The notes under the pieces were generated by a model, which saw nothing but the letters and a program-made list of their open reading frames with translations, was not told where the DNA came from and made no database searches. A DNA stretch of 64,000 bases from Peptococcaceae bacterium UBA7702 (GTDB taxonomy: Bacteria > Bacillota > Dehalobacteriia > UBA7702). Positions 30,434-38,020 of this stretch are shown piece by piece (position 1 is the first letter of the stretch; every line of letters begins with the position of its first letter). The stretch covers positions 15,157 to 79,156 of the forward strand of contig DLGE01000008.1 of assembly GCA_002482535.1 (NCBI GenBank). Reading direction: 5' to 3'. The position numbers and the translations under genes were made by a program.

Positions 30434-30492
30434 GTTTAATATTTTTTAGATATTTTTCACCGGTAAAGCCGGGAAATCAGACTTTCTTGACA

Positions 30493-30726
30493 CTGAGGCC
30501 TGCGTAAAGATACGCAGGCCTCAGCCAGGCTGCCGACAAAGGCTGATACACGGCAAACGCTCTGCCCCGTGACTGCTTGAGTACATTTCGGTACGCGGCG
30601 CAGCCGCAGGTCAGCACGTTTACCGCGTCTAAACCTTTCTCGATAGCCTATCATCCTATAGTCCAAAATTCGCTTGCGCGTATTTTGTCTACAGTCTGAG
30701 GCCTGCGTATTTTTACGCAGGCCTCA
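30493..30726. repeat. dispersed repeat, copy A: palindrome + 171-nt core + same palindrome
   Basis: CTGAGGCCTGCGTA-N4-TACGCAGGCCTCAG occurs at 30493-30524 and again at 30696-30726. The core is homologous to 35380-35476. Confidence 0.8.
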
Positions 30727-30758
30727 TCTTGTTGTGGAAATGGTGCGGTTGCGGGGGC

Positions 30759-31616
30759 TCAAGGGATGCGAATTAAGCGCCCCGATTTCACATGGCTGTC
30801 TTCCAAGGCGTTGTATTCTTTGAGTCTTGCCACCGTGGCGGAGAATTTTTCAGCGATCTTTTCCAGTTGGTCGCCGTCTTGAATACGATAGTAGCGGAGG
30901 CAATAGGCGGAATAGGGGCAGCATTTCACCGGCTCTTCCTGGATTTCTTCCTGCTTTGCCGGTTCCGCGCTTTTGATTTCTTCACGTTTTGGCGGCGCTT
31001 CGTCTTTTTCCGCCGTATTTGTATCTTCGGCGGCTGCCGTTTCCTGCTGGAAGGTTTTTATTTTTTCTCGCCAGGTATCGTCGATATCTTTTAATTTTTC
31101 TTCAAACTCCGTTTCCTCTGTTTTGATACGCTGCTTTTTAGGGGCTGCAGCGGCGGTTTCCATCGGTGCGGCGGTACTTTTGCCATCTTGTTTTGCCTTC
31201 TGTTGACAGGGGCAGGCCGCGCTTTCTTTCGCCGTGGCTTTAATGTATTCCTCTTCGCTTTCCGGCTGGCCGTACCAGCGAATATCAAAGGCCAAGCGGA
31301 AAGTACTGTCGGAGAGGGCTTCTCCTTTGATTGATACCACCTGGGGTTCGATCAGGGGCGGCGAGGCAGTGCGCAGGGTATCACCGTCAATGGTTTCGGC
31401 AAAATATTCCGCGCCTTCCCAGAGGCATTCGCCGCCGTCGACGCCTTCTTCTTCGAAAAAACCGCGCCAAAGGAGATCCCCTTCGATGCGGACACCGGTT
31501 TCTGCCTGTTCCACGTCTTTAATGATGATGCTGCCTGTCAATTTTGTCAATGTCTCCATCGACGGCAGCGTCGATGGGATCTCGACATTGCGTATGAGTG
31601 TTGAGCGATAATCCAT
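30759..31616 (-). CDS. LysM-domain spore morphogenesis/coat protein (SpoVID/SipL-like)
   Basis: C-terminal LysM YRIQDGDQLEKIAEKFSATVARLKEYN, an acidic/Lys-rich linker, and an ATG after AGGAGGAAC. It is adjacent to cotS-like genes. Confidence 0.55.
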   Translation of the reverse strand: MDYRSTLIRNVEIPSTLPSMETLTKLTGSIIIKDVEQAETGVRIEGDLLWRGFFEEEGVDGGECLWEGAEYFAETIDGDTLRTASPPLIEPQVVSIKGEALSDSTFRLAFDIRWYGQPESEEEYIKATAKESAACPCQQKAKQDGKSTAAPMETAAAAPKKQRIKTEETEFEEKLKDIDDTWREKIKTFQQETAAAEDTNTAEKDEAPPKREEIKSAEPAKQEEIQEEPVKCCPYSAYCLRYYRIQDGDQLEKIAEKFSATVARLKEYNALEDSHVKSGRLIRIP

Positions 31617-31684
31617 GATGTTCCTCCTTTGAGCGGATAGGCCCGTTGTTTTATATATATGCAAGAGAGGAGAAGAACAGAACG

Positions 31685-32785
31685 TTACCGACAAATGTTT
31701 TCATAGAGAGCCAGGGTTTGCTGTGCCGTTTTCGTATAGGAAAAGGCGCGGCTGCGTTCGTAAGCCCGGCGCGCCATGGTCTCCCGGAGATGATCGTCGG
31801 CGGCGAGGCTGTATAAGTGCAGGGCCAACCCGGCGGTATTACCGGGATCGGCGTAGAGGGCGCCGTCGGCCATCACTTCTTTTAAGGAAGACCGGTTGGA
31901 GGTAACCACTGCCGTTTGGCAGGCGGCGGCCTCCAAGGGGGGTAAACCGAAGCCTTCATAAAAGGAAGGGTAGATCAGCGCTCGGCATTGGTTATAAAAG
32001 AAAGGTAGGTCGTGATCGGGGACGTAACCGGGGAAACGGACAAACGCCGTAATCGACAGGGTTTCAGCAAGTTCCTCCAATTTTTTACGGCGGCTGCCTT
32101 CTTTGCCGATGATCACCAGAGGGCAGACATAGGGAAAATCCCGACAGATGGAAGCATAGGCCTTGATCAGACCGGCAACGTTTTTTCGCTCATTGAAGCC
32201 GCCAACGTAGAGAAAGAAGGGGGCGCGCAGGTGGTAACGGGATAAAAGATAATCCGCGGTGAGTTTTTGCGGCAACGGTTGGCAATTGTTTTTCGGCGCT
32301 TCGGCGATGACGTGGATGTTCTCTTCTTTCACATCGGTAAAACGGAGGATATCGCTTTTACTGTTTTCCGAAACAGTGATCACCGCATCGGCGGTTTCCA
32401 CGCTTTGCCGGGTATTTGCCAAAAACAGCTCCTTATAAGGGGAGCCGCAGTATTCCGGCAGGATGTAGGGAATCATATCGTGGATTGTGACGATTTTTTT
32501 ATTTCCCGTCTCTTTCATGCCAATGCCGTTATGGAGGTTGTGGTATAAATCGAAATCACCGATGATTTCCGTCTTATTTTTCGCTGCCCGCTGCCAAAAG
32601 GAACAGACCGTTCTCTGTGTCGATTTGTCGATCTCAGCGGCAGGAAAAACACGTTTCCCCGTGAACAGAAAAAGCGCGTGGTTGTTTTCGATTTCTGTCA
32701 GCCCCCGCACAAGCTCCGTGGCATAGGCTCCGATACCGGTGCTGTGATAGAAAAAAGACGCCGACGCGTCGATGAGTATGTTCAT
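31685..32785 (-). CDS. GT4-family glycosyltransferase (CotSA-like)
   Basis: GT-B C-terminal pattern PSFYEGFGLPPLEAAA. It overlaps the CotS-like gene stop. Confidence 0.75.
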   Translation of the reverse strand: MNILIDASASFFYHSTGIGAYATELVRGLTEIENNHALFLFTGKRVFPAAEIDKSTQRTVCSFWQRAAKNKTEIIGDFDLYHNLHNGIGMKETGNKKIVTIHDMIPYILPEYCGSPYKELFLANTRQSVETADAVITVSENSKSDILRFTDVKEENIHVIAEAPKNNCQPLPQKLTADYLLSRYHLRAPFFLYVGGFNERKNVAGLIKAYASICRDFPYVCPLVIIGKEGSRRKKLEELAETLSITAFVRFPGYVPDHDLPFFYNQCRALIYPSFYEGFGLPPLEAAACQTAVVTSNRSSLKEVMADGALYADPGNTAGLALHLYSLAADDHLRETMARRAYERSRAFSYTKTAQQTLALYENICR

Positions 32786-33810
32786 GATTCCTCCGCAAAG
32801 TATTGATTTAAGGCAAGTAAGGCTTTTTCCCGCTGCTCCGCCTCTCGGGTGAGGCGCGGTAATTTTTTGGCGATTCTTGTCGAGTCGTCTTTTTCCGTAT
32901 AGCGGGCAAAGGCTGCGTGGCGAAAATCGTAAGGGTATTTGATCAGCAGTTCAATGAAGCGAGTCTCCTCCCGGTCCAAGGGAAAAGCGCTATGATAAAC
33001 AGCGAAGGCCTTTTGGGCGAGACGGGTGTCCCAGTGATTTGTTTTTAAGATTTTTAACAGCAGAGCGGCGACGTCATGGGCTCTGAGGTCGGCGATGGCA
33101 TAGTCAAAATCGAAGACAAAGACGTCCTTTTGTTCCTTCTGTTCATTGATGAAAAAATTATGATGGGCCGGGTCGTGATGACAAAAACCGCCACTCTTCT
33201 CTTTTTTCTCGGAAAGGGCGGGATAAAAAGGAGCCAATTCCGTGATGGCCTCTTCCGCTTGGCGAATATAAAATGCGCAATAGGAGAGAAAGGCTTTGTC
33301 GAAATCGTCCTTCTCCGCTTTTTCCGCTACTGTGGTGGCAAAGCCTTGTAAATCGTTCTTTCCGCAGTCGAGGGTGGCGAGGATTTTGCCCCACTTGATC
33401 CGCTCCGCAAAACGGTGCTTGGGGAAAAAACCCACTGCGGCCCGGTGTAGGTCACTGAGGCAGGCGGCTACGGCGGCTACGTCGTCCTCTACTTGAAAGG
33501 AAGGAATGCGGCCGTAAAGCTCTTTGGTCAGCAGGGTGAAGTTTTTTCCGTAAGCGCCGCAAGGCGTGTTTTCTTTGGTGGGGATGATTTCGTTATAGCG
33601 GTGAAAACCCCTTTGGTCGAGATAGGCCATGGCGTCGGTGATAAAACCCGTTTCTTCCTTGGGGTAGGGCAGCAATTTTAAAATAAAAAATCCCTCGTCA
33701 GCAATGATCCGCCAGACTTTTTGCGGTTTCAGTGACACAATGCCGTTGATGTGAATAGAATATAGCAAGGATATTGCCGTTACGAACTCTTCCATGTCAG
33801 AGCACCTCAC
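32782..33810 (-). CDS. CotS-family spore coat protein (kinase-like fold)
   Basis: Phosphotransferase-like motifs FCHHDPAHHNF and FDFDYAIAD. Confidence 0.7.
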   Translation of the reverse strand: MRCSDMEEFVTAISLLYSIHINGIVSLKPQKVWRIIADEGFFILKLLPYPKEETGFITDAMAYLDQRGFHRYNEIIPTKENTPCGAYGKNFTLLTKELYGRIPSFQVEDDVAAVAACLSDLHRAAVGFFPKHRFAERIKWGKILATLDCGKNDLQGFATTVAEKAEKDDFDKAFLSYCAFYIRQAEEAITELAPFYPALSEKKEKSGGFCHHDPAHHNFFINEQKEQKDVFVFDFDYAIADLRAHDVAALLLKILKTNHWDTRLAQKAFAVYHSAFPLDREETRFIELLIKYPYDFRHAAFARYTEKDDSTRIAKKLPRLTREAEQREKALLALNQYFAEES

Positions 33811-33907
33811 GGTATTTTTTATGCGTGGCGCGGCGGCAGTATGTCATAAGTCCTTAGTCATAAATGTTCCATTTTTACATAAATAAAGAAATAAAGGAGG
33901 AAAAAAG

Positions 33908-34126
33908 ATGCAGGATTTTGACAACAACTCCCCTTATACCGAGGAAGAAGCCGCGCGTATGCTCCGTGACGTCACCGAGGCGTATTATTTTGCCGTATCT
34001 GCCGCGGAAAAGTTTAACGCGCTGACCGCAGCTCATAAACATCAGCTGGAAAAGGCCATCGACCGTGCCGCCGACCTCGGTAAAGTCGTGGATACTCTGG
34101 GAAAAATTGTGAAAGATGAGCTATAA
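33908..34126 (+). CDS. small helical hypothetical protein (72 aa)
   Basis: Strong RBS AAAGGAGG and a terminator downstream. It is divergent from the coat operon. Confidence 0.5.
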   Translation: MQDFDNNSPYTEEEAARMLRDVTEAYYFAVSAAEKFNALTAAHKHQLEKAIDRAADLGKVVDTLGKIVKDEL

Positions 34127-34144
34127 AGCTACGGTGTTGCGCGG

Positions 34145-34178
34145 AGAAAATCACAGACACGTTCTGTGATTTTCTTTT
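34145..34178 (+). terminator. intrinsic terminator
   Basis: AGAAAATCACAG/CTGTGATTTTCT followed by TTT. Confidence 0.65.
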
Positions 34179-34283
34179 ACCTTTTCATAAAACAGGCCCT
34201 GCTTTTGTTTGGAAAAGTGACCTTAGCCGGTGACTTTTCTTTTTTTTGTGCTATAATGAGGAATATCAAACGAGGTGGAGTCA

Positions 34284-34937
34284 ATGTTGGACGAAAAAAA
34301 GAAAAAGGCGATCCTTCACCGTGTGGATCATACCTTATTGAATCCCAATGCGGTTACCGAAGCGTTAAACAAAGTCTGCGCGGAAGCGGTGCTTTATCAA
34401 ACGGCAACGGTCTGTGTCATGCCGGCGGCCGTGGCTTACGTAAAAGAAAATTTTCCTCAGCTGACCGTTTGTACGGTGGTGGGTTTTCCTTTGGGTTATC
34501 AAACCACGGCGGTGAAACGGTTTGAAACAGCGGACGCCCTTCAAAACGGCGCTGCCGAAATCGATTTGGTCATCAATCGCATGGACGTTAAAAACGGCGA
34601 CTTTGCTGCCGTAACAAAGGAGATCGCCGCCGTGAAAGAGGTTTGCGGCCCCCGTGTTTTAAAAGTCATCGTGGAGGTCTGCGACTTGACCCAAGAGGAA
34701 AAGATTCGCCTTTGTCAATGTGTCACCGAGGCAAAGGCCGATTATATCAAAACTTCCACCGGCTTTGGCAAGGGCGGCGCTACTTTAGAGGATGTGGCGC
34801 TGTTTCGGAAATATATTGGGAAAAACGTGAAGATCAAAGCCGCAGGCGGCCTTCGCACCGCCGCGGAACTGGAAGCCTTTTACGATGCCGGCGTTGACCG
34901 CATCGGGGCAAGCTGCGGCGTGGAGGTGCTGAAATGA
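34284..34937 (+). CDS. deoC: deoxyribose-phosphate aldolase
   Basis: Motifs VDHTLL and the Schiff-base Lys context IKTSTGF. Confidence 0.85.
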   Translation: MLDEKKKKAILHRVDHTLLNPNAVTEALNKVCAEAVLYQTATVCVMPAAVAYVKENFPQLTVCTVVGFPLGYQTTAVKRFETADALQNGAAEIDLVINRMDVKNGDFAAVTKEIAAVKEVCGPRVLKVIVEVCDLTQEEKIRLCQCVTEAKADYIKTSTGFGKGGATLEDVALFRKYIGKNVKIKAAGGLRTAAELEAFYDAGVDRIGASCGVEVLK

Positions 34938-35326
34938 AAGAGAAAGAACTGATCAAAGCTGCTTTGGCGGCCCGGGAAAACGCCTATTGCCACTATTCCG
35001 GGTTTTACGTCGGCGCGGCGCTTTTGACCAAAGACGGCAAAATCTACAGTGGCTGCAATGTGGAAAACGGTGTTTTTAGCGCCTCGGTTTGTGCCGAGCG
35101 CACCGCCTTTTACGTTGCCGTCGCCCAGGGGGAACGGGCCTTTCAGGCCATCGCCATCGCTGCCGACGAGACGGATTACTGCTATCCCTGTGGCATCTGC
35201 CGTCAGGTAATGGCGGAATTCTGCGGTGAAGATTTCTTGATCTACGCCGTGAAAAACGAGGCGGATTATAAAATATTTACCTTGGCTCAGTTGCTTCCCC
35301 AAGCCTTTCATTTCGGCAAAGCATAA
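34934..35326 (+). CDS. cdd: cytidine deaminase
   Basis: Zinc motifs CAERTA and PCGICRQ. The start overlaps the deoC stop. Confidence 0.9.
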   Translation: MKEKELIKAALAARENAYCHYSGFYVGAALLTKDGKIYSGCNVENGVFSASVCAERTAFYVAVAQGERAFQAIAIAADETDYCYPCGICRQVMAEFCGEDFLIYAVKNEADYKIFTLAQLLPQAFHFGKA

Positions 35327-35351
35327 TACGGGCCATGGGGTCTGATGAGAA

Positions 35352-35502
35352 AGAGACGTCTTGTAGACAAGACGTCTCTCAGGCCGTCGACAAAGTCTGA
35401 TACACGGCGAAGCCTTTCTCGGCAGCCTATCATCCTGTAGCCCAAAATCCGTTTACACGTATTTTGTCTACAGTCTGAGACGTCTTGGGTACAAGACGTC
35501 TC
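35352..35502. repeat. dispersed repeat, copy B: palindrome + 97-nt core + same palindrome
   Basis: AGAGACGTCTTG-N4-CAAGACGTCTCT at 35352-35379 and GAGACGTCTTG-N4-CAAGACGTCTC at 35477-35502. The core is homologous to copy A. Confidence 0.8.
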
Positions 35503-35550
35503 TTCATTAAAATATAAGTATAAAGTATAATGTTTAACCAGAAATCTTCG

Positions 35551-36960
35551 TTAATAACGGCAGATGGTAGGCAAATACGGCTGTAGCAGCTTCTTTTGTG
35601 ATTCGGTGTGCTGCGGCAGTTCATATGAGTTGATTCGTTGGCGGATGATGCGATCAACCGTTTCCCGCAAGGTATTCTCGTCACTGGACTTTGCCTTGGC
35701 GACACCTGTTTTATTGAATAGTTCCGTTAAATAGTGATCCTCACGATAAGTTGTCATAGAGCCTATGCTCAAAAAACTGCCTTCATCTTGTGCGGCGATG
35801 AGCTGTTTGGGTAAAGATTCATGAATGGTACAGTCTGTTTTCCTTAGCGCTCGATTAACGTAACGCATGGATTCTTCATCGAGAATCGCTTTTTGAAAAC
35901 TTCCGCAGGAGAAACCGGACATATGTCCGGGATAGCACCAAACCTCGTCAATTTCGGTTAGCTGGAAGGGGAGCATCATGGTCAGCATGGTTTCCGCACC
36001 TGATTGATAATCTGCCATAATCGCATCGCTGTAGCTGCCGCAAATAACGCAAGGCAGCTTTAAATATTTTGATATCTCATAGAAAATAACTTGTATGATT
36101 ATACTTTCCGGTGTGCCGTATACTGGCTGCAACGTCCGAATATCGCTGATCGTAGAAAATTCCGAAAGGGAAACGGGATGTCCGGGGGAAAGTAATTGGA
36201 TATAACATAAACCGGCCAGCGCTAAGGCAAAATCATGGACGACCAAATCGAGAATCCGTTCTGGCCCGGTCATAAAGGAAACACTGCACGGGAAAAGGGA
36301 AATGGCCTGTTTTTCGTCGATTGCGGCTTTTAGATTATCAAGGCTTTCCCGGTCGTAGGCGAGAGGCGGGTTGGGACAAATCCCCTGGGTCATTACGGGT
36401 TCGTCCCAAATGTCATAAAATTCACGGACCAGGCGGAACCCTTTGCGGGCGCTTTTATAGACATTGCCGTCTTTCGCGTTGCTACCGGTGGCGCGTAAGC
36501 CGATGCTGGGATATTTATTTGAGTATTTTAAAGTCATTGCAATTTGTGCGATGAAAGAATCGTCAACATCAATATCCTCTGGGTCGGCAAAGCCGGGATT
36601 CGCGGATTCATACAAGGGGGATGTTTCGTTAATCTGATACATTTTGATTTCGTCTTCCAGTTTACAGCGGCTGATTTTTCCCGTGTGATCATCGATCACA
36701 AACGGTGCATTGCAAAAAGGTGTGGCAGCGACAACACGCTTTTCTGTGATTTCGCCGTAGTCCTGTTTTGGCGTGGCGGAGATCGCCTCTTCCATCATAT
36801 TACGGGGAATCAGTACATTTTCTCCGCAAATTTTCGCGCCTCGCTGTTGAAAGAAATCCCGAACCTCGGTGCTTTCAAATCGAATCCCTACATTTTCGAT
36901 GATATCCAAAACCTGCATATAGGCATTTTCCAAGGTTTGCTCCTCAACATATTTTTTCAT
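35551..36960 (-). CDS. MttB-superfamily methyltransferase, non-pyrrolysine type (quaternary-amine:corrinoid methyltransferase-like)
   Basis: 469-aa uninterrupted ORF. The N-terminus LDIIENVGIRFESTEVRDFFQQRGAKI..VLIPRNMMEEAI is typical of the family. It sits in an AT-richer patch. Confidence 0.65.
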   Translation of the reverse strand: MKKYVEEQTLENAYMQVLDIIENVGIRFESTEVRDFFQQRGAKICGENVLIPRNMMEEAISATPKQDYGEITEKRVVAATPFCNAPFVIDDHTGKISRCKLEDEIKMYQINETSPLYESANPGFADPEDIDVDDSFIAQIAMTLKYSNKYPSIGLRATGSNAKDGNVYKSARKGFRLVREFYDIWDEPVMTQGICPNPPLAYDRESLDNLKAAIDEKQAISLFPCSVSFMTGPERILDLVVHDFALALAGLCYIQLLSPGHPVSLSEFSTISDIRTLQPVYGTPESIIIQVIFYEISKYLKLPCVICGSYSDAIMADYQSGAETMLTMMLPFQLTEIDEVWCYPGHMSGFSCGSFQKAILDEESMRYVNRALRKTDCTIHESLPKQLIAAQDEGSFLSIGSMTTYREDHYLTELFNKTGVAKAKSSDENTLRETVDRIIRQRINSYELPQHTESQKKLLQPYLPTICRY

Positions 36961-37025
36961 AAATCATACCTCCTTCATGATTTCGCCGTCAATTTTGGTA
37001 GACTATCGTTGAAATGGTAGAATGC

Positions 37026-37610
37026 TTATTTTTTCAATGAATTCCAGTAAAATTCCCATAACATGATTACTTTCTTTTGGTATGCATCCTGTTTTGAATA
37101 GTGAATTTCATTAAATAAAGCGTCAATGATGCCGTAAAAAGCGGCAATGACGATCTCCGGATCTTGTTCTTTTAACGCGCCGGATTTTATCCCAAAAACA
37201 ATCGTCGGTCTTAATGATTCATCGATAAACTTGCTTTGATATGAAATCAGATCCTGATTGATTTTTTCTTTAAGAAAATTCGGCGGGAACAAGGTACATC
37301 TTTTCCAAAAGAGTTCCTCATCATTTTCTTCATAGTTCCGCTTGGAAAAGTATTGATAGAGATGATAAAGCTGATCTTTTACGGAATTCATTGCCTTGAT
37401 TTCATCGTGTAGCTTATCAAGGCTTTCTATTTTCCGATCTCTTATGTCCTCAAACAGCTCAATGAAAAGTTGCTCCTTACTTTCGAAATAAAAATAGAGA
37501 GATGCTGTTTTTATTTGAACTGCCTTTGCGATTTCCGCTAACTTTCCACCTTCGTACCCATTTTGGGCGAATAGTGATATTGCTGCTGTTTTGATGTTTT
37601 CCTTTGTCAT
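37026..37610 (-). CDS. TetR/AcrR-family transcriptional regulator
   Basis: N-terminal HTH AAISLFAQNGYEGGKLAEIAKAVQIKTASLYFYFESKEQLF. Confidence 0.8.
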   Translation of the reverse strand: MTKENIKTAAISLFAQNGYEGGKLAEIAKAVQIKTASLYFYFESKEQLFIELFEDIRDRKIESLDKLHDEIKAMNSVKDQLYHLYQYFSKRNYEENDEELFWKRCTLFPPNFLKEKINQDLISYQSKFIDESLRPTIVFGIKSGALKEQDPEIVIAAFYGIIDALFNEIHYSKQDAYQKKVIMLWEFYWNSLKK

Positions 37611-37640
37611 TGATTTACCTACCTAATTTTAGTTAGTTGA

Positions 37641-37668
37641 ATTATAGCATATTGATCAATTTTGTCAA
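37641..37668 (-). promoter_or_regulatory. promoter with embedded palindromic operator candidate
   Basis: Minus strand: TTGACA, 16-nt spacer, TATAAT (TGC-extended). The spacer contains the perfect 10-bp palindrome ATTGATCAAT (37651-37660). Confidence 0.55.
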
Positions 37669-37746
37669 GGGGCATTCCGTTTATATTAGGCAAAGCCTCT
37701 CAAGCAATTGGATTTGGGAAAGCTCCTATCGGGTAAACAGTAAACG

Positions 37747-37780
37747 AAAAGAGACGTCTTGCATGCAAGACGTCTCTTTT
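37747..37780. terminator. bidirectional terminator; third copy of the GAGACGTCTTG palindrome
   Basis: AAAA-GAGACGTCTTGCATGCAAGACGTCTC-TTTT, a perfect 26-bp palindrome. Confidence 0.75.
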
Positions 37781-38020
37781 CTTATGGAGAGTTTAAGGTT
37801 ATAAAAAAGTTCAAGCAAATGAACTAATTCGCGGCGGGGCGGTTGCCCCGCGTATGAAAGTATTAGGGATAAATGGCATTACGCCATTTGGATGTCAGCG
37901 GACAAAAATAATTGTTCGTTGACGATTATGGAGAGTATTTATTTGGTCAGGTTGGATGAAACTGACCGATATATAAAGAGAGAGAGAGTCTCTTTATAAC
38001 GAAGATAAGAGTCTGTCACT

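Noticed and set aside
30457-30666. A 69-aa basic ORF on the minus strand inside repeat copy A. Copy B has a related frame, and the roughly 75-nt indel between the copies keeps it in frame.
   Set aside because: It has no credible RBS. The frame runs straight through the bracketing palindrome and ends in locus-specific sequence. An in-frame indel has a one-in-three chance. I treat it as non-coding but keep the doubt on record.
34166-34525. The listed 119-aa ORF overlapping the deoC start.
   Set aside because: It begins inside the terminator hairpin at 34145-34178 and is out of frame with the well-supported deoC. I recognise no motif in it.
35551-36960. A pyrrolysine (in-frame TAG) MttB gene.
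   Set aside because: The ORF is uninterrupted and full length (469 aa). No pyl genes are in the window.
30493-37780. Duplicated palindromes as a CRISPR array or as integron attC sites.
   Set aside because: There are only two or three copies, with spacers of 97-2200 nt. The spacing is not regular, and there is no cas or intI gene. The enclosed genes have their own promoters and mixed orientation.
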